Source: Cetorhinus maximus
Lineage: Eukaryota
NCBI RefSeq assembly: GCF_964194155.1
Contig: NC_135913.1
Location: 4,898,001-4,962,000 of the forward strand
Length of the DNA stretch: 64,000 bases
Direction: 5' to 3'
Made by a program: the position numbers and the translations under genes. Under the pieces are notes generated by a model, which was given only the letters and a program-made list of their open reading frames with translations, was not told the origin of the DNA and did no database searches. Shown here in pieces: positions 24,781 to 37,978 of the stretch (positions are counted from its first letter, which is position 1; every line of letters starts with the position of its first letter).

Positions 24781-25394
24781 ATTATTATTTTTTTCTTCAA
24801 TAATGCCGTGAGAATAATTCTGAATAAACGCTGGCCCTTTCAATTCCTTCTATTAATGCGAATATCGATGTTTAGTTCAATATAGACATGTGCGTAAACC
24901 TGACCATTGTGCCTGCGAACTCTCAGGTTGTTGCTGATTGATTTCTGCTGCTGAGTTAGTAGAAGTTTTTGGTAGGTTCCACTGTTATTTGAGTTGGTGG
25001 AGACTACGTGGAGTGGTGTGGCATGTGGAGAATTATTTCGTTATGACTTCAAGGGAATCCGCTTGCTTCAGTTATGGGTGATGCAGTTTCTTCTCCCACT
25101 TATTTAAAGTATGACAGAGAGAATGATCGAAAATGACAGATAAGCGGATAAACTGCTCGAAAGGGGAGGAGGAGAGCTTACATAACCCAGTGAAACACTG
25201 TACTGCAGCAGTGTATCAGTTCCCAGAGTTTTCTCCCATCCTCAATACACATCATAACAGTGAAACTTAAGTAACACAGGGAAACAGTGTATTTAGGTGA
25301 GGCCGTACCTTCAGATGCGAAGGCCTTAAGCTCTGCAATTTCCTTCTTTACCCTCTCTGCTCCTCGAACTTTCTCTTCTGCTTTCAGATACTCG

Positions 25395-26136
25395 TTCAAT
25401 ACAGTTATTAACAAAAGGGTTTCAAGCACATGCATTCGTCTACGAATTATTACTATTAAAGCTCCTAAAACCGCTAACTAATTTGTCTTCCACTTACACC
25501 ACCGTTAAGGCAACAGTAAAAACAAATAGAGTTAAACATATCCAGGCAAGTCAACATAATACCCTGGGCAGTCGAATTCAAATTGGCTTTTCCCAGCTTC
25601 GACCTCTGTAGACAGTAGGCTTGAGGCACAAATATTGAAGGTTTTTTTATACTTATGGTGGCTTTTAAAATGCGTCCTCTAACACAGGCCCAAATTCACC
25701 TTCATACATATTTCTCCCTTTTAATATAAATCCCATTTCTCCCATATGTCTTTAGAACTTTGTCTTTCTCAGAATATGAATCATGTCGCGGCCCTAATAT
25801 TATCAGTAACCTTTGGGAAAAATAACCTTGCTGCTTGACTAGCTTCACTGGCTAGGTGCAACATCCTGCCATCTCTTCAAAATTCAAAATACGCTGATTT
25901 ATCTAAAACTGCAAATCCTCCTCCCCTCACATCCTAAGACTCATGCCATGTTTACATATTTAGGATTTCAAATATGGCTTTGTTTAATGAGCAAAAGACT
26001 CCAGACCACATGCCTCCAATTCAATTAAATCTCGCCCCCAGCGATACACACACACAGAAACTGCCCAAACCTCACTATAATCTACTTCTACAATGAATCA
26101 CAATAATATTATGAGAATTATTACACTTTCGTGACA
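25395..26136 (-). repeat. 3' LTR (truncated)
   Basis: Aligns to 31550-32317; ends gtgaca next to the polypurine tract. Confidence 0.8.
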
Positions 26137-28005
26137 CCTTCCCCTCCCCCACCCCCCCCACCCACCCACCCCCACCCCCCCCCCCCACCCCCCCCCCCCG
26201 CCCCCTCCCCCCCCCCCCCCGCCCCCACCACCACTCCTCACTGGAAAATGAACCATCATAATTCAAAAAGACAGCTTCATTTTTTTAACCCAACTTATAT
26301 TATGTCCAATAATTACCTATATACACACGCTGTTACATTGCCAGACGCATGCATTAACATAACATTATATGTACAAATTCTTGGTATCAACAGGAATCAT
26401 TTCATTCCAGTGTTGAGGATTTAAATGTCCAATTCTCCTTTCAGATTGAAACTCTCTACAATGCATCTGCAATTGCATTTACTCGTCCAGTCACATGTAT
26501 AAACTGTAGATTAAATGGTTCCAGTAATAAACTCCACCTGAATAGCCTTGCCTTTGGGTCTCGAAATTTGTTAAGAATCTTTAAATGATTGTGGTCTGTC
26601 TAAACAATTGTTTCTGGTGAATAGATTGGAAAGTAAATCTCGAAATGCTGCAACGCTAACACCAGAACCAGAGTCTCCGTTTCAATCGCTGAATATATTA
26701 TCTTTTGTACATTCAACTTCCGTGAAGAATAGCCTACCTGTTTCTCAATTCTAGTTTCATTTTCTTGTAACAGTGCAACATCAATACCTATATCGCTCGT
26801 GTCAATGGCCAAATTAAGTTGTTTGGCATGATTGGGTACGACGAAATCTCCCGAAGTCAATATAGTTTTTAAACTGTCAAAAACTTTCTGACAGTCCTGT
26901 GTCCACTGAAACTGCATGTCCTTTTAAATATCTCAGTCAATGGAGAAAACACACTGCTAAAATTTGTTACACATTTCCAGTGAAAACCACTCATGCCCAG
27001 AAATCTCAAAACGTCACGTTTTGTTGTAGGCAAGGGGAAATCCAGAATACCTTTGACTTTCACATCTCTCAGAGCCACCTTACCATGAGCAATGGTATGG
27101 CCTATATATGTAACCGGTTTTCCAAATTCACTTTTCGCTAAGTTCATCACCAAATTTGCTCCTAGCAGTCTACTAAATAATTATTCCAGATGTTGCAAAT
27201 GCTCCTCCCACGTTTGGCTGAACGCTATCAAGTCATCAACATAAAGAAAACAATGGCTCAATCCTGCAATCACTTTGTTTGTCACTCTTTTATATGTTTC
27301 TGGTACCATTTTCAGACCAAAGGCATGACTTCAAACTGATACCGTCCATCTGGTGTCGCAAAAGCCTACATCTCCTTTGGTCTCTCCAGTAATGATACTT
27401 CCCAATACCTTCTCAGCAAGTTAATCTTTGTGCGAAATTTTTGATTGTCCCACATTCTAAATGCAATCTTTAAACTGTTGTACAGAATATGAACCAGCTT
27501 TTGTCGTTGCATTCACCTTTCAATGCGCCACACACAGTCTGTGTGTTCCATCATTTTCAGTATCATCAAAATAGGCAAACTCCACTTCCTGAAACTAGAC
27601 TCAATGATGTCATTTTGAAGCATGAATTCAATTTCATTCTATACTTGTGATAAAGTTGCTGGATTTAATATATAGGGCATTGCCATATTGAAGATTAAAC
27701 CTCTACACACACGTTTTGTGTTTTTGCCTAATTTGTCCTCTCCAGCTTATTCCCACAAATAGCTTTGTGTGACTGCAATAGCTTTTCCAAAGGACTTTGA
27801 CACTTGTCTGGAAAGTAACTCAGTATTACATTAAAATGTTCAAAGAGCCCCTCGTTATCCAATTTGATTAGAGGAAAATCAATTTCAGAATTCTTCATTT
27901 CTACCTCTTTCTCCTTCTCTACACCAGTAATGCTTCGTTTCTGTCCTCTTCCCTGTCAATGTACATTTTAAGCATATTTACGTGGCACACCCTCTGCTTC
28001 TTTAT

Positions 28006-28230
28006 CAAAATAAAAACAGAATTACCTGGAAAAACTCAGCAAGTCTGGCAGCATCGGCGGAGAAGAAATCAGTCAACGTTTCGAGCCCTCATGGCCATGA
28101 GGGCTCGAAACGTTGACTGATTTCTTCTCCGCCGATGCTGCCAGACTTGCTGAGTTTTTCCAGGTAATTCTGTTTTTATTTTGTTTTGGATTTCCAGCAT
28201 CCGCAGTAGCTTTTAGCTTTTTGTTTTTAT
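28006..28230. mobile_element. Short Penelope-derived insertion containing a perfect 178-bp palindrome; 14-bp TSD
   Basis: Arms 28006-28094 and 28095-28183 are exact reverse complements; TSD ctctgcttctttat at 27992-28005 and 28231-28244. Confidence 0.92.
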
Positions 28231-31200
28231 CTCTGCTTCTTTATGTTATCTGAAGCTATTATTAAATAATTTATTTCACCTTTTTTCTTTTCAATATTTT
28301 AAGGCCCTATTAACCTTGCCTTTAACGAGTCATCCAATAACGGTAACAAAACTAACACTTCTTTCCCCAGCAACAAAACTACGAGCTATCTGCCTTTACT
28401 TTCACCACTTGCTGCAATACCTTTAAATGTTCCCTAGCTAACTCACATGCTCTGTCCAATCATTCTCTGAAGTATGTTGCATAATCCAGGAAATTAGTTT
28501 CTGAATTTTGACCCACCAAGTTCTCCTGAAGCAATTTCAGTGGCCCCCTTATCTCATGACCACAGACTAATTCAAAAGGACAAAATCCAGACGATACATA
28601 AGGAATATCCCTAATAGGAAATAACAATAATGAAACTCCCTCATCCCAATCTTGTGGGCTGTCCAGACTTTAGGCTCTTATACTTTTAGCAGTTTGATGC
28701 TATTTTGCCAAAGTCCTTTGTGATTCAGGATGGTAAGCTGTTGCTGAGACTGTTTTATCCCAAAACTGTTGATTACCTCCTTAAACAGATGTGCCATGAA
28801 ATTTGAACCCTCACCTGAACCCTGATTCTATTTCGTTTGGTAAACCACATCTTTGGGGGAAAAAAGAGGTGGCTGTTGCACAATTCTCTTTGTTGTAATA
28901 TTTCTCAAAGGAAAGCTTGTAGACACTATTGTCCATTATTGTTAGTAGCACTGATTTCCACTTTTAGTATTAGGGAGGGATCCAAAACAATCAATCCTGA
29001 CCTTATGAAAAGGTTATTTAAATGCTTGAATTGGAATTAAAGGTGCAGGTTTAATCACTGCTTGCAGCTTCCCTATCACCTGACATGTGTAACATGTTCT
29101 ACAGAATTTTGCTACATTCCTATGCATTCCAGGCCAACAACAAGGTTTTTGCATTTTTATCGTTGTATTTCTAATTTCGAAATGCCCCTCCATTGGAATT
29201 TAATGAGCTTTTCTCTGGATCTGATTTCTTTACCCAAATGAAATAACAATCTGATGTACTTTCATCCAGTTTTCAAGTGCTAAAACATGATACGGCCGCT
29301 ACTTACTCACCAACACATCACCCTTAAGGTTATAACATTCTGTAATAAATTTTGACTATGTTTCTGAGGAAGCTGTCTGATGTAACTGTTTTTCTGTGGA
29401 TCCTTTTTCTGTAACTTTAGTAACTGTCTGAGCTAAATACCTCAGTTGAATTCTCTTCCATATTTCCTGCCTGAACAATCTCGTCGAAGACAGTGTCAGC
29501 TAATTGAACTTTAACACATTTTCCCTGCCTTTGAATATCCTGGTCTTCCTGATCTTCCTGTTTAAACGTGTGAGCTTACGGACTTGTTACCACACAATCT
29601 GGAAGCGATCTAGCATGCTCTATCTGCAAGGATTCTGCTGAAAACTACTCTACAGGCTGCTCAACAACCATAGGCATAACCCACATCTGTAATCCAGGTG
29701 TATCATTATCTAAAATAAATTGAATATCTTCAATGGGGTATTGTTCCACTACTCCAACAATCACCTCATTTGATTTCCACTTGTTCTGTAAACTTACCTT
29801 CCACAATGGAATTGGTTTAGCATCTCCATGAACCCCACCTGTTCCTGCAGTATTCCCTTTGAGCAAGAAATATCACTATCCAACAGCATTGAAGGTTGAC
29901 TAGCCCCACTGCCTCTTAAAATTTTATTACATTTACCTACTCTACCCTGGACACATGGGAATACTTCCCCTTCCCATAAAAAATCTTTAAACATTTCGGC
30001 AACCTGCTCCTCAGAAGTCCCTTGAGTAAATTGTGAATACATCCCCACTTCTTTACTTATCATTGGTTATTCCAGTTTTACCTCTACACAGACTATTGTT
30101 TTTCCTGTGCCTGAACCTCAGAACCACAGTACATTTATTTGCAGCACATTTATGAACCCCCAACAATGCCAACAGGTTTACCCTGTAATTTCCAACACAC
30201 TGACTTCGTGTTGACTTTATTACAAGGAAAAAACCTCAATTTTCGAGTGTCACTTCTAAACTCAGTACCTCCCTGTTAAGTCTGAGAAAAAAAAACTTCC
30301 TAGGAATATCCACCTACTCCTCTTCTGTGACTACCCACCTTCCTTTCACCTTCCCGCTTTCTATCCTTCTCTGATTTAAAAGAGTGACGATAAAAGGTTT
30401 AGATCTATGAACTAACTCATAATAATCAGCTATCTCTGCTGCTTGTCTTACCGTTTTAACCCTCTGTTCCTCCACATGAGTTCTCACTGCCAAAGGAATT
30501 GAACCTTTAAATTCTTCCAGAAGAATTACTTCTCTAAGAGCGGCATATGTTGTCTCCATCTTTAATGTCTGTACCCACCGGTCAAATTTTATTTGTTTTA
30601 CCCTCTGACACTCAACATAAGTTGACCCAGTTTTCTTATAAGTTTTCTTGTATTCCTAAATTTCTGCCTGTATGCATCTGTTTAGCTATCTTAAATCAAA
30701 TAAAAACTCCTCCACATCGCTTCCTTGAAACTTTGGAAGAGCTTGCACAAATTTAAACAACTCCGCATTGGGTTTTAGGTTAATGGTTTTATCATCACCA
30801 GAGCATTCCTCAGCATCTAATCTCTCTTTTTAAAAATATCAACTTTTAATTCGGTACCCTGTGTTTATTTCCTCATCTCTCTCCTCCGTTGCTAACTTTT
30901 CTCTTTGGAGATCAAGTTTTCGCATTTCCATTTCTTTTTGAAATAATCTGTCTTTTTTCCTTATGCCTCCAATTCAAGATTTTCACTTCCTTTGTTTGTT
31001 CAAATTCAAGCTTCTTCATTTCTAACTGAAGTCTCACTATCTCCAACTGTGACTCATCCGTGTCAGGCATCACTTCCAACTTCGAATGTTGTGCTATCGC
31101 TTCAAATATGTATGCTTTCTTTGTCCCTACAGGTAACCTTACCAACAACTTATCCACAAACTCTTTTAACTTACCCTTGTATACTTTTTGGAGCCCAATC

Positions 31201-31388
31201 AGAGTTATATCTTCTACTTCCAAAAAGGCTTCGACATGGATACCGCCGTTTTTACAGTCTCACCACTATCAAAAAAATCCCGCACACCAACTCCTGAATT
31301 CAAAGTGCTTCTCGTACTTGCAACCTTAAGATTGACGAACTCCAGGCCAATTGAAGAATTTCAAATATTCCGCAAAGAGCCCCCAATT

Positions 31389-32195
31389 TGTCAAACCGCA
31401 GCAGGTGAAGTGTGCCAGGTAAATCACACCCACAAGGGAAACTTGATCACACAGTATCAACAATTTTGCAATTTGTATTTTATCTCGAGATGTGTGCCCT
31501 GCATGGAGTGCACCAAGGCTTTAGCGATATATTTTTAAAAAAACTAAATTAAACATTTATTAATAAAAGAAAAGATTTCAAGCACAACACAGGTCTACGA
31601 ATTACAACTACAATAACTTCTAAAATCCTTAATAATCTGGCTTGCACTTACACCCCCCTTAAATCAACAGCAAAAACAAAATAGATTGAAACAGATCCAG
31701 GCAAGTCAACTCAATATCCTGGACAGCAGAATGCCAAGTGGCTTTTCCAAGCTTCGGTCTCTGTACACGGGAGGCTTGCTTCACAAATACTGGAGGCTGT
31801 TTGCATTTCCGGTGGATCTTACAGTGCCTTCTCTAACAGATAGTCTCATTCTCATTTATACATTTCCCTTTTATACATTATCCCTTTTAATCTAACTCCC
31901 ATCGCTCAGATATGTCTTTGGAACTTTACCCTTATCATTATATAATTCATTTCATTGTCCTAATATTATCAGTAACCTTTAGAAAATATAAAAACGCTGC
32001 TTGGTCTGCCTTCTACGACTAGTGCAACAACCTACCAACCCCTTGATGTTCGAACTACCTTGATTTATCTAAAACTGCAAATTCGCCACACCTCAGATTC
32101 TACGTCTTCAGCCGTGTTTACGTGTTTAGCATTTCAAACGTAACTTCTTTAGATGAGTGAAAGCCGCTCGGCCAGCTGTCTCCAATTCAATTAAA

Positions 32196-32235
<40 letters not shown>

Positions 32236-32317
32236 GGAAACTATCCAAACCCAATTATTAACCTGCTTTTGCAATAAATCACAAGAATGTGATGAGAATT
32301 ATTATAATTTCCTGACA
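31389..32317 (-). repeat. 5' LTR (929 bp) with internal (CA)n
   Basis: TGTCA...TGACA termini; PBS adjacent at ~31370-31386; (CA)n at ~32197-32232. Confidence 0.85.
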
Positions 32318-32732
32318 TATGGAATTCCCTCCCTTAATCTCTGCACTTTTGCGTCCCTCTTCTTTTGTCAAATCTCCCTATTTTACCAGACAGTTTGGCG
32401 TCTTCCCAAATGCCTCATTGAGGAACTTCGTTTCAAATGTTGTTAAATAACACTCTTTTCAAGCGCCTTGTGGGCTGAGGGGAAGGGGTGCGGGGCGGGG
32501 GTGGTGGGTGGGGCGCGGTATGGTTATTTTGTCAAATTAACACCTAATTATAATTTTCGGTTCTGTTGTTCAGCTGAACAGACTTCAAAGTTAAATTGCA
32601 AGGTGCTTCAAAAATAAAAATATCCCTCCGATCAGATTTAGGAGTGTGGAATATTGGTGATGGCCACTGTTGAACCTGTGATAACGGGTATTATCTACAG
32701 TTGGCTGCCATGTATAGCGGCAGTTACCACAG

Positions 32733-33410
32733 TCCATCCACCTTCATTATGCCGGACCTCCACCATCGAATGATAATTTGACAATTTCCACGAGGTGACC
32801 AGAACTGCACACAGCACTCAACATGTGGCCTAAATAATGATTTACACAGTTCCAGAATAACCTCCCTGATAGTATATTCTATGCCTCGGCTAATAATTGA
32901 AACGTTTCCATATGACTTCTTAACCACCTTATCGACCTATCCTGCTATCTTCGGGGATCTATAGACATTCACTCCAAACTCTTACGAGTTATCAACAGTC
33001 ACAGATTGCAACTCTTTCGAGTACAATCACAGTTCTTGGTTTCCAGGAGTGTGACATGAACCCACAACCCTCTGATTCAAAGGCGAGGGTGCTATGAACT
33101 GAGCCACAGCTGACACCTCTACATTCACTCCAAAGTCTCTCACTTCCTCTACACCTCTCAATAGCCTATCATTAATTATGTATTCCCTTCGACTTGTTTG
33201 AACTCCCCAACTGCATTACTTCACTCTTCTCCGACTTGAATTCAATTTGGCACTTTTCCGCCCATCTAACCAGTCAATTGATATCCTCCTGCAGCCTAGT
33301 TATCCTCCTCACTATAAATCACAGCAAACTTTGACGTTGCCAGAAAACTTCCTGATGATTCCCCCTATACCTATCCAAATCGTTAATATTTAACACGAAA
33401 AGCACGGCTA
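32733..33410 (-). mobile_element. Degenerate CR1 fragment
   Basis: ISRGIEYTIREVILELCKSLFRPHVECCVQFWSP. Confidence 0.8.
32979..33120 (-). mobile_element. tRNA-derived SINE head inserted in the CR1, with 14-bp TSD
   Basis: A box tggctcagttcatagc and B box gggttcatgtc on the minus strand; TSD acattcactccaaa at 32965-32978 and 33121-33134. Confidence 0.7.
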
Positions 33411-35574
33411 ATCATGCACGTGGTTTGTTTTCAGAAGAGAAACCCGATTGGTACAAATTCATCTCCCCAATACCCTTAACGCTGATGTTTTCAGGATTCA
33501 TGTCGGTGTTCGGGCGGTCTTTTAAATGCAAGTTCTCCTTTCGCTGTGTCATGCAGCCCGATAACAGATGAAGAATTCCCAATGATGTTTGCAGCAACAC
33601 ACTGCTAGCAATTGAAAACTTTGCATTACGTCGTTGATGGGTGACGTTGATGGCTCAGAAAACAATGCCTCCCCCTTCTAAATCCAGCCAATCTTGGGCA
33701 CTTCGTTAAGAAGACACCAAGCAGAGGGTAAACGCAAGGCAAAATAGGAATGAACTGCCCCGAAAATTTTGCCCTGCGGCCTGTGAAGTGGCGCTGCTAT
33801 CTGACTGTTACTCAGATAAATACATCAATCATAACAGCAGTTCGCCTATTATGTAACGCTTTCCCAACTTGCTCTAAACGCCCAATGTAATTGACTGAGG
33901 GCCAGTCGGAAATATATTTCAGTGGCAGGGCAGGGCCTTGCAACTCCCCGAACTATAGTACCAAATTTAAATTTCAACAGGCACTCCGTAATTTCTCGTT
34001 GAAGCCCCCGTCGTGAGTTTGCGTGACTGTGAGCACCTTCCTTCCAATTCGCCATGAAAATCCATACGCTTCACTTGCAACATCCTTGGGATACGGCAAC
34101 ATGTCGACATTGTTTTCACTTCGATGTTGGAAGTGCTTATACTCTTTGAATTCAGCATCCTTCTCAAGGCAATTGTGAATGAGCAACTTACACTGCTCAT
34201 GCGCGACATGCCCACATCCCATGAAAGGAATAGAAAAGAGATTGCCTGAGACATCAGCCTATTGATGCCGACAACTTGTGCATCGTGAGGTCTGCTTTAG
34301 GCAAAATATTTTCAACATTGTGAAGAAGGAGAACGTGTCTGTTGCTGAACAGCTTTGTGAAGATAGGACTATTCAGCAGCTCTGGGACAAACGTATCCTT
34401 GCAACTCGCTGGTAACCTGAAGCTTTGACTCGGCAAAAACGACAATTCCAGAACAAAGAGAAACTAACGAGGAGCAGCTTCAGAAGAGACCTGTGCTGAT
34501 CATGGGGCAATTAAATCGTTACAATGCAACCAGTCTGTCTATTTGTGGGTTGATAAGAATCATAAATTCCAGATTGGAATTGAAACACAGTCAATTCACT
34601 CAGAGAAGGTATCTTGTCATACTACGAGTCTCACTCTGAGATGATTGAAGGAAGTCCGCAGTCCTTGCAGTCCCGCAGTTAATTGCTAATTCTTGAAAGG
34701 ATTGGGCCACCCCCTCGTTTCCATCTGAATGTGTCAATGCCCAATCTAAACCGCGCATTTATCTACACCTTTCAGCAGCTAAAGCGTTCCTTGTATGATT
34801 CGTATCTTCGCCAATCGCGCGGGAGACTGACGTTCAAAGCCCCAGCGCTTTGCGTACGCTTACTCACAATTTTATAGAGAACACACGACATTGGAAATAC
34901 ACTTTAGAAATGGGAATTGTTTGATAGGTGGGGAATGTCATAGAGTCACAGAAGTCTAGAGCACAGAAGGAGACAGTGAGTGCTGACAAACATTACTCAT
35001 CAGAGTCAGGAACAGCGGTTTTTGTTTTCAGAGATCACACCAGCAGCCAGGCGAAATTTCCGTGTGTGTCTGAACACAGAGACTGGCTCTTTCACCTCAA
35101 CTGGGCTGAATGGGAATTTCCGTAATACCATGAATTAGTAACTTGAATTCAGGACAGTTTGTTGAAACAAGATACTTTAAAACGGAGAGGAACCGACCAT
35201 ACTCGATTTAGCATTGAGTAACGAGGCAGAATTCATAGATAACCTGACAGTAAATGTGAAACTTTTAAACAGTGACCTTAACATGCCAGAGTAACTTACA
35301 TTGTATTCAGTAACACCATTTTGTTCGTTTCTTTTGAAATTTAATTTTACCCTCATATTTCCTTTGTTTTCAGACGGCAGCTATTCAGGATCCTGCCATT
35401 CATCATTTTTTAACTTATTCCATTCCCTCTCCCTCAGTACATATCAGGATTGTCCTAATTCCAGGTCTATTGTCTGACCTCTGCATTAATCAGCAGCTTC
35501 TTGACACAAAGATGATTTTCTTTTTTGGCCTTTCTTTGAGTACAATTTGAAAGATGCTGAACGCCATTCACATT

Positions 35575-36178
35575 AGAATAGAAGAGCAGGGAGATTATGC
35601 TGGAACTGTATAAAACGCTGGTTAGGCCACAGCTAGAGTGTTGCACGCAGTTCTGGAATCCGCATTATAGGAAGGATGTGATTGCATTGAGAGAGTGCAG
35701 AGATTTACAAGGATGTTGCCTGGGGTGGAGAGTTTTAATTATGAGAGATTGGATAGACTGGGGTTATTTCCCCTGGAGCAGAGGAGATTGAGGGGGGACA
35801 TGATTGAGGTGTATAAAATTATGAGAGGCATAGATAGGGTGGACAGGAAGGAACCTTTCCCCTTGGTGGAGGGATCAATAACCAGGGGGCATAGGTTTAA
35901 GGTAAGGGGCAGGAGGTTTAGAGGGGATGTGAGGAAGATTTTTTTCACCCAGAGTGTGATGGGAATCTGGAACTCACTGCCTGAAAGGGTGGTAGAAGCG
36001 GAAATCGTCATAACATTTAATAAGTATTTGGATGTGCACTTGCGATGCCATTGCATACAAGGCTATGGGCCTAATGCTGGAAAATGGGATTAGAATAGTT
36101 AGGTACTTGTTTGACCGGCGCAGACTCCATGGGCTGAAGGGCCATTTTCTGTGCTCTAGACCTCTGTGACTCTATGAC
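35575..36178 (+). mobile_element. CR1 3' fragment
   Basis: ORF 35695 [17 protein letters not shown]...WNSLPERVV; tail ctgtgactctatga. Confidence 0.9.
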
Positions 36179-36689
36179 ATTCCCCGCTCTTCCTCCTTGC
36201 CAATCTTTCAGATTTCTTCCTCTTTAACTCTGCTTGCTTCTTGAACTCCCTCCTAACGCTCCTAAACTCCAGACACTAAACCACAGCTCAGTCCCTACAT
36301 TTAAACCTTTACCGAAGCCCTTCCTCAGGATTGCAAGAAGGATTTGCTACAACTTTTTGCCATGTTAAGGCGAGCAGGTAAGATCAGTCCAAGAACTATT
36401 ACCGCTGACTAGGAATGTAGGGCTAAGGGCTACAGTCAAATAATTAAAGTCAGAGATTTCACCACGAGAGTTAGGAAAGAAATCTACATTCAAAGGGAGC
36501 TATAGCTTCTGTACACGGCAATTAATGTTTAACCCATTGCTTTATTTTAAATCTGAGATGAATAGATTCGTCTTAACCAAAGTTATTTAGGAATATGTGG
36601 CAAAGTGTAAGTGTGGAGATAGTTGCACGTCAACCACAATCTCATAGAATAACAGAACAGGCCCCAGGGACTAAATGGCCTCAACAACA

Positions 36690-36900
36690 GCAAAGCGCGA
36701 GGAACAGCCCCTCATCTTCCAATTGGGTGTGGTACAGCCTACCGGGCTCAACACTGAGTTCAACAATTTGACATCATAAAATCTGTCCCCATGTTGTTTC
36801 TTGCTGATTTGGTTTTCTCACGTTTCTTTTTTTATTCTTTCATGTTACATTCGGATGGTTGCTATGCAGCTATTCACAACCTCATCTGAGCACATCTTTT
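36690..36900 (+). mobile_element. Penelope-like 3' fragment
   Basis: gaggaacagcccctcatcttcc...acagcct...ctcaacactgagttcaacaat resembles 19455-19530. Confidence 0.6.
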
Positions 36901-36914
36901 GTTTCTTTACTGTA

Positions 36915-37460
36915 TTCACAGAAGCACAGGAAAGTTACAGCTCAGGCGAAGGTCATTCCACCCATTGTGTCTGCACCAGCTCTCCGAATGAGTAATTTGC
37001 TTGGTGCCATTCGCTGCCTTCTCCCCGTAACCCTGCACATTCTTTCTCTCGGAAAGTAACTTATTTCTTTTCTTGATGCCTTAATTGCAAGTCTCAGGCA
37101 GTGCATCCCAGACCGTAATCACTTTCTGCAAGAAAAGAAGTTTCCCCTCATGCTGCTTTTGCTCCCTTTACAAACTGCTTTAAATCTTGTGTCCTGTCGA
37201 TCTCGATCCTTTCCCAAGTGGGAACACTTTCCCCCTATCTATTCTGTCCAGACCACTCATGATTTTCAATCCCTCTATCAAATCTCTTCTCAGCCTCCTT
37301 TTCTCCCAGGAAAACAGTCCTAAATCCTCCAATCTATCTTCATAACTGAAGTTCCTTATCCCAGGCACCATTCCCGTGAATCTTACCTGCCCTCCAACAT
37401 CCTTCACATCCTCCCTGAAGAGCAGAGCCCAGAACCAGACGGGACACATCAGTTGTGATT
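36915..37460 (-). mobile_element. CR1 3' fragment
   Basis: SYEDRLEDLGLFSWEKRRLRRDLIE. Confidence 0.85.
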
Positions 37461-37906
37461 GAACTAGCGCCTTCTACAAATCTTGTTTATCTTATTCCCA
37501 TGACAACACTCGTTGGGTTTTGTGCTATGAAAATTTTTGTCTCCTGTCCTCACATGTCAAAGTGATCCCACAACCAACCGATCAGATCTAAGCGCTGCAG
37601 TCCTGCCACATCCAGTCGTGAACGGTGATGGAGGAGGAGTTTCCACAAATAAATGATGGCCTTACCAGCGATGCTCACATCCAACGATGAACAAAAAAAG
37701 CTGTCAATGTTTTCCAAATCTCACGGCAAACCTACTCCAATGTGGCAGTCTCCACAGAAACAGCTGAAAGAGTCCCAGAGTGACATCAACCTCATCTACT
37801 GCACACCGACAGATACAGCAAGGTCACCGTCCTCTTCAAGAATTTAGCGCATGTGGCTTTTTGTTTTGTTGTTTTCCGGGCAGTGAACAATTTGAGCCCA
37901 AAGGCA

Positions 37907-37978
37907 GCACTCAGATGGACTGGAACCCTAGACCCGCATATTAAAAGACTGGTGTTTTACCAACTGAGCAATCCGGGT
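37907..37978 (-). pseudogene. tRNA-Lys(TTT) pseudogene with duplicated flank (to ~38390)
   Basis: ggactggaaccctagacccgcatattaaaagactggtgttttaccaactgagcaatccggg; flank 38060-38390 is homologous to 9670-9990 and 11610-11930. Confidence 0.7.

Larger units (their letters stand above)
25395..32317 (-). mobile_element. Gmr1-like Ty3/gypsy LTR retrotransposon relic (gag-PR-IN-RT-RH)
   Basis: LTRs at 31389-32317 and ~25395-26136; PBS tgggggctc (tRNA-Pro type); G-rich PPT next to 26136; SCAN-like LREVILLEEFK; RT VLRFLGMSGF; RH LAIDTSDIG and YSAIETETL. Confidence 0.88.

Noticed and set aside
26075-26424. Poly-Pro / poly-Gly ORFs
   Set aside because: They come from an expanded C/G tract at the retrotransposon polypurine tract.
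33967-34254. SWDVGMSRMSS resembling a phosphatase active-site loop
   Set aside because: The DNA is an eroded LINE tail (tcatgggatgtgggc...aattgccttgagaagg) and there is no catalytic Cys.
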